Origin: Bacillota bacterium
GTDB taxonomy: Bacteria; Bacillota_I; Bacilli_A; RF39; UBA660
Length of the DNA stretch: 64,000 nucleotides
Assembly (NCBI GenBank): GCA_015059365.1
Contig: SVAO01000001.1
Location: forward strand, 78,153 to 142,152
Reading direction: 5' to 3'
A program made the position numbers and the translations under genes. The notes below the pieces were generated by a model. It saw nothing but the letters and a program-made list of their open reading frames with translations, was not told where the DNA came from and ran no database searches. Positions within the stretch are counted from its first letter, which is position 1, and each line of letters begins with the position of its first letter. Below, one piece after another: positions 30,331-40,901 of the stretch.

Positions 30331-32076
30331 ATGGCTAAGTTAACTACTCAACAGATTAACGATATACGTAGTAGTGTAGATATTGTTGATATAGTTTCAA
30401 AATATATACCGCTAACACAAAAAGGGAAAAATTTTTTTGGTGTTTGCCCATTTCATGATGATCATTCACCTAGTATGAGTGTATCGCAAGAAAAACAAAT
30501 TTATACATGCTTTTCGTGTGGTGCAACAGGAAATGTTTTTAAATTTATAATGGATTATGATAATATTTCGTTTCCTGAAGCTATCAAAAAGATTGCTGAT
30601 TTAGTAGGAATTCCTCTAAATATAGATGTGAACGTTAATAAAAAAAGTATTATAAATAAAAGTTTATATGATATATATGAATTAAGTTTAAAGTTTTATC
30701 AAAATAATTTAAATACAAATGATGGAATAATAGCTAAAGAATATTTGTATCAAAGAAGTATTGATGATGAATTGATTAAAGTTTTTCAAATAGGACTTGC
30801 TATTAAAAAACGTGATTTGTTAACTAGATTACTTCTAAAAAAAAGTTTTAATGAAACAGACTTAATTAAAAGTGGACTAATAATAAAAAGTGAATATGGA
30901 CTTAATGATATTTATTATAATAGAATTATGTTCCCATTATACGATTTAAATGGTTCTGTAGTGGGGTATAGTGGACGAATATATAATACTAATGATACCT
31001 CAAAATATATAAATACAAAAGAAACTGAAATATTTAAAAAAGGAGAACTTCTTTATAATTACCATCGTGCAAAAGATGAGTGCCGCACTTTAGGACAAGT
31101 TATTATTGTTGAAGGGTTTATGGATGTTATAAGAACCTACAGCATTGGAGTTAAAAACGTTGTTGCAACCATGGGAACGGCCGTCACAAAGAATCAAGCA
31201 TTATTGATAAAAAGAATGGCTAAAGAGGTAATACTTTTATTTGATGGTGATGAAGCGGGAGCAAAAGCAACAATGTCTTGTGCTACTGAATTAGAAAAAA
31301 TTGGTATTGTTCCAAAGGTCGTTAGATTAGATGAAAATTTAGATCCTGATGAATATATATTAAAATATGGCGAGGAAAGATTTTTAACAAAGTTAAAAAA
31401 TCCCACTAATATAATGGATTTTAAATTGTCATATTTAAAAACAAAAAAGAATCTTAATAATTCTGCAGATATTGCAAAATATGTTAATGAGGTTTTAGAA
31501 CATTTGAATAATATTGAAGATGATGTGTTGAGAGAAATAACTCTTACTAAATTAAGTAAAGATTCTAATTTGGAAATAGATTTTTTAAGAAATAAATTAG
31601 AAATGCCAATTAAAGATATTAAACTAAAAGAAAAAAATAAAGATGAACGGAAAATACTAAGTAAATATCAAAAAGCAGAAGTATATTTGATTAATTACAT
31701 GATGAAAAATACCGAAGTAATAAAACGTTGTATGAAAAAACTTTCTAATTTGCCAAGTAAGGAATATAGGGATTTGCAAAGATTAATAGTCACTTATTAT
31801 AATGAATTTGGTTATATTAATGAAGCAGATTTTATGACTTATTTAATGGATAAAGATGAAAGTTATATGGAAACAGTTAAACAAATAAAAAAAATGAATT
31901 TGAAGGAAAATTTTACATTAGAGGAAATTGATGATTATATTAAAGTTATTTTAGATTATAATATTGAAAGCGAGTATCAACGTTTGTCAGATTTGATGAA
32001 TAAAACGGATGATATTATGAAAAAAGCAGAAATTGGTCAAAGAATAGTGGAATTGAAGATATTAAAAGGAGAATAG
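30331..32076 (+). CDS. dnaG: DNA primase
   Basis: CHC2 zinc finger CPFHDDHSPSMSV...CFSCG, TOPRIM domain; start at ATG 30331 after AGGAG. Confidence 0.85.
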   Translation: MAKLTTQQINDIRSSVDIVDIVSKYIPLTQKGKNFFGVCPFHDDHSPSMSVSQEKQIYTCFSCGATGNVFKFIMDYDNISFPEAIKKIADLVGIPLNIDVNVNKKSIINKSLYDIYELSLKFYQNNLNTNDGIIAKEYLYQRSIDDELIKVFQIGLAIKKRDLLTRLLLKKSFNETDLIKSGLIIKSEYGLNDIYYNRIMFPLYDLNGSVVGYSGRIYNTNDTSKYINTKETEIFKKGELLYNYHRAKDECRTLGQVIIVEGFMDVIRTYSIGVKNVVATMGTAVTKNQALLIKRMAKEVILLFDGDEAGAKATMSCATELEKIGIVPKVVRLDENLDPDEYILKYGEERFLTKLKNPTNIMDFKLSYLKTKKNLNNSADIAKYVNEVLEHLNNIEDDVLREITLTKLSKDSNLEIDFLRNKLEMPIKDIKLKEKNKDERKILSKYQKAEVYLINYMMKNTEVIKRCMKKLSNLPSKEYRDLQRLIVTYYNEFGYINEADFMTYLMDKDESYMETVKQIKKMNLKENFTLEEIDDYIKVILDYNIESEYQRLSDLMNKTDDIMKKAEIGQRIVELKILKGE

Positions 32077-32079
32077 TAT

Positions 32080-33162
32080 ATGAATGAAATAAAAAGTTTT
32101 GATGAAAGAAAAATGGAATTAGTAAAAAAAGGAAAAGAAAAGGGATTTATAACATATGAAGAATTAGCAAATTCGTTAAAGGGATTAGATTTAGATGCAG
32201 ATTCTTTAGATGATTTATATAATTTATTTAATGAAAATAATATCGCTATTGTTTCAGAAGATGATGTCGATGGAAAAGATGGTTCAGCGGATAAAATTTT
32301 ATTAGATGATAATGCCTTAACAAAGGATTTAACAATAAATGATCCAGTTCGTATGTATTTAAAAGAAATAGGACAAATCAAATTGCTTACAATGGAAGAG
32401 GAATTAGAACTTGCTGATCGTATTTTAGCAGGTGATGAACAAGCAAAATCTATTTTAGCGGAGGCAAATTTACGTTTGGTTGTTAGTATAGCGAAACGTT
32501 ATGTAGGACGAGGAATGTTATTTCTTGATTTGATTCAAGAAGGAAATATTGGATTAATGAAAGCTGTAGAAAAATTTGATGTGTCTAAAGGATATAAATT
32601 TTCTACTTATGCTACTTGGTGGATTAGACAAGCTATAACTCGTGCAATTGCAGATCAAGCTCGTACAATTCGTGTACCTGTTCACATGGTTGAAACAATC
32701 AATAAACTTGCTCGTATTCAACGTCAATTGACTTTGGAATTGAATCGTGAACCATCGGAAGAGGAGCTTGCAAAAAAAATGAATATGTCAGTTGATAAGA
32801 TTAGAGATATTTATAAAATTAGTCAAGAACCAGTTAGTCTAGAAACTCCGATAGGAGAGGAAGATGATTCTCATTTGGGTGATTTTATTAAAGATGAAAG
32901 AAATATGAGCCCAGAAGAGTATGCTACTAATGAAATGCTAAAGGATGAAATCGCCGATGTATTATTAACTTTAACAGAAAGAGAAGAAAAAGTTATTAGA
33001 TTACGTTTTGGTCTTGAAGATGGTAAATCTAGGACATTGGAAGAAGTTGGTCAAATGTTTGGAGTTACCCGCGAACGTATTCGCCAAATTGAGGCAAAAG
33101 CATTAAGAAAATTACGTCACCCATCTCGTTCAAGAAAATTAAAAGATTATATGAGTGAATAA
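32080..33162 (+). CDS. sigA: RNA polymerase sigma factor SigA/RpoD
   Basis: regions 1.2, 2 (rpoD box), 3, 4 (helix-turn-helix for -35 recognition) conserved; dnaG-sigA operon. Confidence 0.9.
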   Translation: MNEIKSFDERKMELVKKGKEKGFITYEELANSLKGLDLDADSLDDLYNLFNENNIAIVSEDDVDGKDGSADKILLDDNALTKDLTINDPVRMYLKEIGQIKLLTMEEELELADRILAGDEQAKSILAEANLRLVVSIAKRYVGRGMLFLDLIQEGNIGLMKAVEKFDVSKGYKFSTYATWWIRQAITRAIADQARTIRVPVHMVETINKLARIQRQLTLELNREPSEEELAKKMNMSVDKIRDIYKISQEPVSLETPIGEEDDSHLGDFIKDERNMSPEEYATNEMLKDEIADVLLTLTEREEKVIRLRFGLEDGKSRTLEEVGQMFGVTRERIRQIEAKALRKLRHPSRSRKLKDYMSE

Positions 33163-33163
33163 A

Positions 33164-33811
33164 ATGAAATTGACAAAACGTTTACAAACTATTGCTGATT
33201 TGGTTGGTGATGTTTCAAAAATATATGATGTTGGTTGTGATCACGCTTACTTAGATATTTACCTTGCAAGTAAAGGTATCAAATGTGTTGCAATTGATGT
33301 TAGAAATCAGATTGTTAAGTTTGCTCAAAAAAACGTTGATGAGAGTGGTTATCAAGATAAAATAGATGTAGTCTTAAATAATGGATTGAATGGTTTTAAA
33401 GTAGATAAAGAAGAGTTGGTTATAATGTCTGGTTTAGGTACTCGTACAATATTAGATATTATAAAAAATCAACCTGTAAATAGGCTGATTATTCAGTCAA
33501 ATGATAATTTGTTTTTGTTAAGAAAGAACATGATGAATCAAAATTATTATATATCTGATGAAAAAATAGTTTTTGAAGATAATAAATATTATGTGATAAT
33601 CAAATTCGAATCTGGCTTTAAAGAATATACAGATTATGAATTGTTACTTGGTCCTAAATTGTTACATCAAAACACTGATGTATTTACACAGTATTTACGC
33701 AGTATGCTTTCTCATTATCGCGATGTATTACTAGCTGTACCTGCAAATTATTTGGAAAGAAGAATCGCGATAGAACAAATAATTAAGTATATTGAAATGG
33801 CACTTAGATGA
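33164..33811 (+). CDS. trmK: tRNA (adenine22-N1)-methyltransferase TrmK-like SAM-dependent methyltransferase
   Basis: N-terminal KRLQTIADLV...DVGCDHAYL motif; conserved position after sigA (yqfN in Bacillus). Confidence 0.65.
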   Translation: MKLTKRLQTIADLVGDVSKIYDVGCDHAYLDIYLASKGIKCVAIDVRNQIVKFAQKNVDESGYQDKIDVVLNNGLNGFKVDKEELVIMSGLGTRTILDIIKNQPVNRLIIQSNDNLFLLRKNMMNQNYYISDEKIVFEDNKYYVIIKFESGFKEYTDYELLLGPKLLHQNTDVFTQYLRSMLSHYRDVLLAVPANYLERRIAIEQIIKYIEMALR

Positions 33812-33818
33812 TGCCATT

Positions 33819-34190
33819 TTAATTTAGAAAAAATGTAGGTAACCCATCAAAATTTGCATTATTATTAGTTTTTGGCACTACAATATCTGTTGATTTTATC
33901 TCTGAGATAACACTTTCGTTTTGACTTACATTAGTAGGAATATCTGTTTTTTTAAATTCATTCATAACCTTAAATATGGTTTTAGCATTTTTCATAACAG
34001 GAGTTACTTGTTTTATTACGGGTAGAGCTTGGTTTACTACACTTAAAGTTTTTTGCGTAGTATTTAAAATAGAACTAAAGTTAATACCTTTTAATAATCT
34101 TGAAAAAAAACCTTTGGAAACTTGAGTGGCAGGAGCAATGCCAGAAATCATATTCGGATATATATTAAAATATGGCATATAGTAATTCAT
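33819..34190 (-). CDS. hypothetical protein (Asn/Thr/Val-rich, no TM)
   Basis: 123 aa ORF with strong RBS AAAGGAG on minus strand. Confidence 0.45.
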   Translation of the reverse strand: MNYYMPYFNIYPNMISGIAPATQVSKGFFSRLLKGINFSSILNTTQKTLSVVNQALPVIKQVTPVMKNAKTIFKVMNEFKKTDIPTNVSQNESVISEIKSTDIVVPKTNNNANFDGLPTFFLN

Positions 34191-34307
34191 ATAATACTCC
34201 TTTCTAAAATATTATATGTTTTTGTATAATTTTGTTTTACAAAAATCAAAAATATGCTATAATAATTATGATAGAAGGATAGAAGAGATTGGAAGGTGTT
34301 TTTTTAA

Positions 34308-36565
34308 TGGATAAAAGAAAATTCAATTTTTTCAATTTTGTCTTTAAAATAATACAGTTTATATTTTTGTTACCAATCAACATTATAAAATATTTTTGCG
34401 TGGGTTTTTATAATGTTTGCTATTTTTTTATTAACACAATTTTGAATACAGTTATATTTTTTTCATTTTGTTTATATAAAATTTTAAAATATTTTATTTT
34501 ATTTTTTACTTTTCCTCTTATGATTTATAATTTTTTTCATTATAAAGGACAAGAAAAAAAAGTTGAACAAAATGTAATTCAATCAGATAATAATTCTATT
34601 TATAATGATGGTAGTGTGATTGAACCTATTATTAATATCGCTGAGATGCTAGAACAAAGTTCGATAAACAACACTACTATACACAAAAAAGATGCTGTGG
34701 AAACAAAAGAAGAAAAAAAACTAGAACATAATATTAAAGTAAAGAAACAAAAAAAACACCCTAATTATTTTATGCATTTATTGATGCTTTTATCCTTTCC
34801 AATTTATAAAATTGTTAAATATATTTTATTTGGACTAGCAACTATATTTATAATTTTTAAAAATTTGTTTGTTTATGCTTCATTTTTATTATATAAAATA
34901 GTTAAATATTTGTTATATTCATTTTTAACTCCCAAAATGATAATTAATATCATAGAAAGACGTAGTGGTAGAAGTGGCGAGTATAAAGAACAACTGAAGA
35001 TAAAGCGCCAAGAAGCGAAGTTTAAAAAACAATTAGCATATCAAAAGAAACAAGAGGAAAAACTCCGTTTAACTCTTGAAAAAAAACAACGAAGAGAAAA
35101 AGAATCAGAAGAGTATATTAATGAGAATGTTAAAATAGAAAAGAAAACGTTTGGTCAAAAAATGAATGACTTATTAAACAAGATATTTTCTTTTCCAAGC
35201 ATAATAATTACTAAAATAAAAAAAACTTATAAAAATTCTGTTTTCGTTAAACACTCTAGAAACAAGCGTGATATAAGCCGTAAAGCATTATTAATTGATT
35301 TTGAGGGTGAAGACGCAGAAAAAAGTGATGTTAAGTTAGTTTATCAATATATTGCTAAAGACCCTGATGGAAAGATTGTAACAGATTATTTTGAAGCTTT
35401 TTCAAAGGTAGAGGTTCATTCGTTTTTACTTAGCGAGGGTTATGAAGTTTATAATATTAAAACTAATAAATGGATTCAATTTGTTCATGGTAGTTCTTCT
35501 ATTTCAAAAGAAAAAATAAAAAACAAGGATTTAATTTTCTTTTTAAATCAATTATCTACTTATATCAAATCCGGAATTCCATTAGTAGAATCACTAAAAA
35601 TTTTAGCAAGACAATATAATAAACAAAAAAAATATCAAAAGTTATTCAGAATGATTATTTATGATTTGACAATGGGAGAGAGTTTTAGTTCGGCATTAAG
35701 CAAACAAGGGGATGCATTTCCTAGAATTTTGATAAACATGATAAAAGCCTCAGAAATGACAGGGGAATTACCAGAAGTATTAGATGATATGTCGAGTTAT
35801 TTTACTGAAATAGATAAAACTCGAAAGCAAATGGTTACAGCCTTGTTATATCCTATTATCATATTAGTAGTTTCAGTAGTTGTAATTATTTTTATATTGT
35901 TGTTTGTTATACCTAGATTTGTAAGTATTTATGAAACAATGGATGCTGGTAAAATTCCACAATTTACTTTGACTGTGCTTGCTGCAAGTGAATTTTTAAA
36001 ACACAACGTAATATATTTGCTAATTGGTGTTGTTTTGTTTGTTCTTGTATTAATTTATTTGTATAGAAATGTTAAAGCTTTTAGAACTATTATGCAGTGG
36101 ATATTAATGCATGTGCCTGTTTTAGGTAATGTAGTAATATATAATGAGGTAACAATTTTTACTAAAACTTTTGCATCGTTATTGGCACATAATGTATTTA
36201 TTACTGATAGTATGGATATCTTAAATAAGGTAACTAATAACGAAATATATAAAATGTTGATTTTGGATACAATAACTAATCTTGCAAGAGGTGAAAAAAT
36301 TTCTGAATCTTTTAAAGATCACTGGGCATTTCCAGTTCCAGCATACGAAATGCTGGTAACTGGAGAACGAACAGGACAGTTGCCAGAAATGATGCTTAAG
36401 GTTTCTGAATATTATCAAGAATTACATCGGAATGCTGTTACAAGAATAAAAACATTTATAGAACCGATTTTGATATTATTCTTAACTGCTATAGTTGGAG
36501 TTATTGTATTGGCAATTGTAATACCGATGTTTGGTCTTTATGAATCTGTACAAAGTTATGGTTAA
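34308..36565 (+). CDS. type II secretion/type IV pilus platform protein (GspF/PilC/ComGB family) with long N-terminal membrane plus coiled-coil extension
   Basis: C-terminal about 420 aa has two GspF repeats (LSTYIKSGIPLVESL..., ...LVTGERTGQLPEMM) and 3 TM; N-terminal about 330 aa extra with 4 hydrophobic segments and a K/E-rich stretch; TGnTATAAT promoter at 34252-34260. Confidence 0.65.
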
Positions 36566-36581
36566 TATAGTAGGGGGATTT

Positions 36582-37346
36582 ATGACAGTTTATTATTCAA
36601 TTTGTTTGTTTATTTTAGGAACAATTTTAGGTTCGTTTTTCAATGTAGTGGGATGGAGATTACCAAATGGGCAATCCATTGTTTCTCCTCCCTCGCATTG
36701 TCCTAAATGTAATCACCAACTGAAATTTTGGGAACTAATTCCGGTTTTATCGTTTTTTTTACAAAAAGGGAAGTGCACTAGTTGTAATCAAAAGATTTCA
36801 TGGTTTTATCCATTTTTTGAAGCAGGATGTGGATTATTATTTACATTGGCTTATTTGGTATATGGTTGGACTTTAGAATTAGTTATCGTTTTAACTTTTA
36901 TTTCAATGCTAATTATTATAATGGTAAGTGATTATCATTATATGATTATTCCAGATGAGGTTTTAATTTTCTTTGGGGCAACATTATGCGTTGAGATAAT
37001 ATTTATTTATGGTTGGGAATCGTTATTTGCTAGTTTAGTAGATGGATGTATTGCGATGGCGGCCATCTTTGCACTTAAATTGTTTGGAGATCTTATTTTT
37101 AAACGAGAATCAATGGGTGGTGGAGATATAAAACTACTATTTGTATTCGGTTTAGTATTAGGTTGGCCTCTAGCTGTTTTTTCAATACTATTAGGTTCGA
37201 TAGTAGGTTTGCCTATATCTTTAATTGTTTTGTTAAAAAAGAAAGATCATGTAATACCATTTGGCCCTTTTTTAAGTGTAGGAGCAATTATTCTTATGTT
37301 AACAAAATTTGATTTTAATTCTCTAATAAATATTTTAATTAAATAA
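36582..37346 (+). CDS. prepilin peptidase (A24 family, PilD/ComC)
   Basis: N-terminal zinc ribbon CPKC...CTSC, catalytic Asp-containing TM core, 255 aa. Confidence 0.8.
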   Translation: MTVYYSICLFILGTILGSFFNVVGWRLPNGQSIVSPPSHCPKCNHQLKFWELIPVLSFFLQKGKCTSCNQKISWFYPFFEAGCGLLFTLAYLVYGWTLELVIVLTFISMLIIIMVSDYHYMIIPDEVLIFFGATLCVEIIFIYGWESLFASLVDGCIAMAAIFALKLFGDLIFKRESMGGGDIKLLFVFGLVLGWPLAVFSILLGSIVGLPISLIVLLKKKDHVIPFGPFLSVGAIILMLTKFDFNSLINILIK

Positions 37347-37382
37347 AAAAATATACTCAGTTAAATTGGGTATATTTTTTAA
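37345..37382. terminator. bidirectional terminator between convergent pilD and comGA-like genes
   Basis: aaaaaatatac...gtatatttttt inverted repeat with flanking A/T runs. Confidence 0.6.
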
Positions 37383-38737
37383 TTTGTTTCGTCAAATACA
37401 ATCTCATCTAATGAAAAATTATCATCTATAATAATGGGTTCTTCAATATTATTTAATTCTGAATTTGCTTGTTGTGATTGAACAGGCCCATTTTGATTTA
37501 TAGTAGTGTATCTTAATGCAGTTTGAAGATTGTAATCTCCAGCAATTTTATCATCATCATCTAATTCAATAATTTTTAACAATTCTTCAAATGTAGTTAA
37601 ACCGTTTGCAACTTTTTCTAGTCCGTCTTGAAGTAAGGTTATTACATCAGATTTATAAACTAAATCACGAAGTTTGTCACGCCCTATATTAGTACTTAAT
37701 GCATCTCTAATTTCTTCATTAATCATTAATACTTCGTGTATGGCGATACGTCCTTTATAGCCATTTCCACATTCTTCACATCCGACAGTTGTATAAACTT
37801 CGTTTATATCTTTTTTTAAGACTTTTTTAAATAATTCTTTTTCATATTCGTTAGCAATTCTTTTTTCACGACAATGTGGACATAAACGACGAGCTAATTT
37901 TTGAGCTACTACTCCAGTCAAAGCACTTGCTAAAAGATAACGCTCAACATCCATATCTAACAAACGCTCAATAGTATTTAATGAATTGTTCGTGTGGAGT
38001 GTTGATAAAACCAAATGTCCTGTAATAGATGCACGAACGGCAATTTTTGCAGTTTCTGTATCACGAATCTCTCCAATCATAATTATGTTAGGGTCTTGAC
38101 GCAATATAGAACGAAGAGCCGTAGCAAAATCCAATCCTATTTCACTATTAGTTTGAACCTGGTTTATCCCTTCGATTTCCATTTCTATCGGATCTTCAAC
38201 GGTAATGATATTTGTTTCTTCGCGGTTTAATCTTTGAAGAATAGAGTAAACGGTAGTAGATTTACCACTACCAGTAGCTCCGGTAACCAATATAATTCCA
38301 TTAGGTACATTTATCATTTGTAATATTTTTTTATAGTTTTCTTCGCTGAAACCTAATTGTTCGATACCAGATAAACTCATAGAATAATCTAAAATACGAA
38401 TAACAACTTTTTCACCTTCACTGGTAGGAAGACTAGATACACGTAAATCTAAATTAACATCTTGCAAAGTAGCTTTAATTGAACCATCTTGTGGTAGTCT
38501 TGATTCTGTAATATTCATTCCTGAAATTATTTTAATACGTGTTATTAAATTTTTCTTGATTGTATTAGGAATTTCTGCATAATCAATTAATTGACCATCA
38601 ATACGGATTCTTATTTTCAAAAATTCTTCGTATGGATCAAAGTGAATATCACTTGCTCCACGTTTACTGGAATCGACTAATATTTCATTAACGATTTCAA
38701 CAACGGGTTTCTTTTCAAAATCAAACACTTTTAGCAT
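37379..38737 (-). CDS. type II/IV secretion ATPase (GspE/PilB/ComGA family)
   Basis: Walker A GATGSGKSTT, Asp box, His box, tetracysteine CPHC...CEEC; 452 aa with about 70 aa acidic C-terminal tail. Confidence 0.85.
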   Translation of the reverse strand: MLKVFDFEKKPVVEIVNEILVDSSKRGASDIHFDPYEEFLKIRIRIDGQLIDYAEIPNTIKKNLITRIKIISGMNITESRLPQDGSIKATLQDVNLDLRVSSLPTSEGEKVVIRILDYSMSLSGIEQLGFSEENYKKILQMINVPNGIILVTGATGSGKSTTVYSILQRLNREETNIITVEDPIEMEIEGINQVQTNSEIGLDFATALRSILRQDPNIIMIGEIRDTETAKIAVRASITGHLVLSTLHTNNSLNTIERLLDMDVERYLLASALTGVVAQKLARRLCPHCREKRIANEYEKELFKKVLKKDINEVYTTVGCEECGNGYKGRIAIHEVLMINEEIRDALSTNIGRDKLRDLVYKSDVITLLQDGLEKVANGLTTFEELLKIIELDDDDKIAGDYNLQTALRYTTINQNGPVQSQQANSELNNIEEPIIIDDNFSLDEIVFDETN

Positions 38738-38847
38738 TAATGTTCAACCCCTTTATATTCTCTTTATTCTTTATTTAGGACTAGTATTTATCCTAAAAAT
38801 ATTATATAATATTTTTATAATATTATCAACCTAAAGGAGTCAAAATT

Positions 38848-39312
38848 ATGAAAAAAAACAATCAAAAAGGTTTTATGCTGGTAGAAGCTTTTGTAGTTTC
38901 AACAATTGTACTTGGTGTTTTGGTTTTTATGTTTATTCAAATTAGAACTATTGTAAATGGGTTTAATAAAAGTTTTTCATATAATACGATTCCGGGAATT
39001 TACATTGCAAATGAATTAAAAAAAATTATAAAAATTCAAGATTATGATGAATTAAAACAACAGGTTGAATTAACTGGATATGTATTAGTGGATGAAGATA
39101 GAGCTGATTGGAATAATATGTTTGGCATGAATAATATAAAAACTTTAATAATTGCCAAAGATGACATTAATAGTTTAAAAAAAATTAAGGGTGAAAAAAT
39201 CTCTGATAAAGTTGTTGATTATATTAATACAATAACTTCATCAGACGTTCAAAATGCTTATCGTATTATTGTTGAGTTTAACGATGATACGTATGCTTCG
39301 ATTAGATTGTAA
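38848..39312 (+). CDS. minor (pseudo)pilin, prepilin-type N-terminal domain
   Basis: QKGFMLVEAFVV class III signal with E at +5, single N-terminal TM. Confidence 0.55.
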   Translation: MKKNNQKGFMLVEAFVVSTIVLGVLVFMFIQIRTIVNGFNKSFSYNTIPGIYIANELKKIIKIQDYDELKQQVELTGYVLVDEDRADWNNMFGMNNIKTLIIAKDDINSLKKIKGEKISDKVVDYINTITSSDVQNAYRIIVEFNDDTYASIRL

Positions 39313-39323
39313 TAGGAGGTTTT

Positions 39324-39878
39324 ATGAAAAATAGTAAAGGTTTTTCGATTGTAGAACTCATTGTTTCTTTTAGTCTTACGATGATAATTGTAATAATTTT
39401 ATTTGAAATAATTGTTTATATGAAAGAATTATATGAAAAGTCTGTTACCCAAACGGAACTACTTAATAGGCAAAATTTAATGACAGATTATATATATACA
39501 GATATTATGTCAAACGAAGTTGACTATATTGATGTTTGTGGTGATAATTGTATAATATTTTCCTATTCTAATGGGGATGTTAAGAAATTAGAATGGGATA
39601 CTTCTTACGGTTCTTTAAGGTATGGTGATTACGTTGTTAATTTAATAAATAATACTAATTTTGATTATAGTTTGTCTTTGGAAGATGATGACAATAAATT
39701 AGATGGGGTTAAAATTTGTTATGGTAGTTTTGGTACTTCAGTTCCTAATTCTTATGTAAGTATAAAATTACCACTTTATAATTCTTTGTTTTCTGATAAA
39801 GATTTTGGATTAAACATATTTTATGTATATGATAGTGATAACACCCAGTTATACTTACCACTTTCTTTGGATTGTTAA
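39324..39878 (+). CDS. minor (pseudo)pilin, prepilin-type N-terminal domain
   Basis: SKGFSIVELIVSF class III signal with E at +5. Confidence 0.55.
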   Translation: MKNSKGFSIVELIVSFSLTMIIVIILFEIIVYMKELYEKSVTQTELLNRQNLMTDYIYTDIMSNEVDYIDVCGDNCIIFSYSNGDVKKLEWDTSYGSLRYGDYVVNLINNTNFDYSLSLEDDDNKLDGVKICYGSFGTSVPNSYVSIKLPLYNSLFSDKDFGLNIFYVYDSDNTQLYLPLSLDC

Positions 39879-40855
39879 AATATTTTTATCCATAAATCGA
39901 AGAATAAGAAAACTAATAATCCTGATATAATTGCATGAATTATACGTGCTATAAAAAATGGAAAATACTTAATTTTTGTTTTATTTATGAAACTCATTGT
40001 CTGCATATGAACACTAAGTCCTCCAAAAGAAATGAGCATTGTTGAAACTATTGTTTTAAATTTTAATGAGAGATCTAAATTACTCGTATATTTTAGACCT
40101 TGAGTCATTTCGATTAAGCCATTTAAAATTGCTTGGCAATAAGGATTTAAATTAATAATATTACTTATGATAGTGGTTATAATTAAAAATACAGTAATTG
40201 TTCCTAAAATAAGCAGTAATGTGTTAACACTTGCTATAATAGAGTCATTTATTATTTGCCCGATACTTTTTTTATTTTTTACTCTATATTGAGTCATTTT
40301 ATTAATGGGATTTTTAAATGAGAATTTAGTATTCTCATTTTTACTAGGATAATAGTTTCGAAATAAAAAACCAATAATAATGTTAGAAAAATAATGACAT
40401 AATAAAATTAACAATCCTACATTTTTTGCGTTTAAAAAAGCAATTGAAATAGTTCCAAGTATAAATAGTGGATTGGAAAAATGAGTAAACATTAAAATTT
40501 TAGTTCCACATTTTTCATCTATTAGTTTTTGATCATATAATTGGCTTGTATATTTAGCACTAGAAGGGAACCCTGAAATCATTCCCATAATGAAGACATA
40601 TGCGGCATTACCATTTGTTTTAAATATTTTTTGCATCAAAGGTTTAAATAATTCACCAATAAATTCAACAAAACCATAGTTTATTAATATGTCAGACAGT
40701 ACAAAAAAAGGAAACAGAGAAGGAAATATGTTTTTTTTCCAAATATCAAAAGAAAAACTCACTATTTCAAATATTTTTTCTGATGACAATAGTATCTGGA
40801 CAGTAACAAATATTAAACAAGACATTATTAAAACACTAATAATATTTTTCTTCAT
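39875..40855 (-). CDS. sporulation integral membrane protein YlbJ-like (nucleoside-recognition Gate domains)
   Basis: 326 aa polytopic protein; order with the following YlbL-like gene mirrors the B. subtilis ylb region. Confidence 0.6.
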   Translation of the reverse strand: MKKNIISVLIMSCLIFVTVQILLSSEKIFEIVSFSFDIWKKNIFPSLFPFFVLSDILINYGFVEFIGELFKPLMQKIFKTNGNAAYVFIMGMISGFPSSAKYTSQLYDQKLIDEKCGTKILMFTHFSNPLFILGTISIAFLNAKNVGLLILLCHYFSNIIIGFLFRNYYPSKNENTKFSFKNPINKMTQYRVKNKKSIGQIINDSIIASVNTLLLILGTITVFLIITTIISNIINLNPYCQAILNGLIEMTQGLKYTSNLDLSLKFKTIVSTMLISFGGLSVHMQTMSFINKTKIKYFPFFIARIIHAIISGLLVFLFFDLWIKIF

Positions 40856-40901
40856 AAAAACTCCTTAATAAGTGTAAAATATAACAGAAAGGAATACTAA
40901 T

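Noticed and set aside
34289-34307. ATG at 34289 as start of the platform-protein gene
   Set aside because: The downstream ATG at 34308 has a better-spaced RBS (GGAAGGTG). Either start is possible and the difference is 6 codons.
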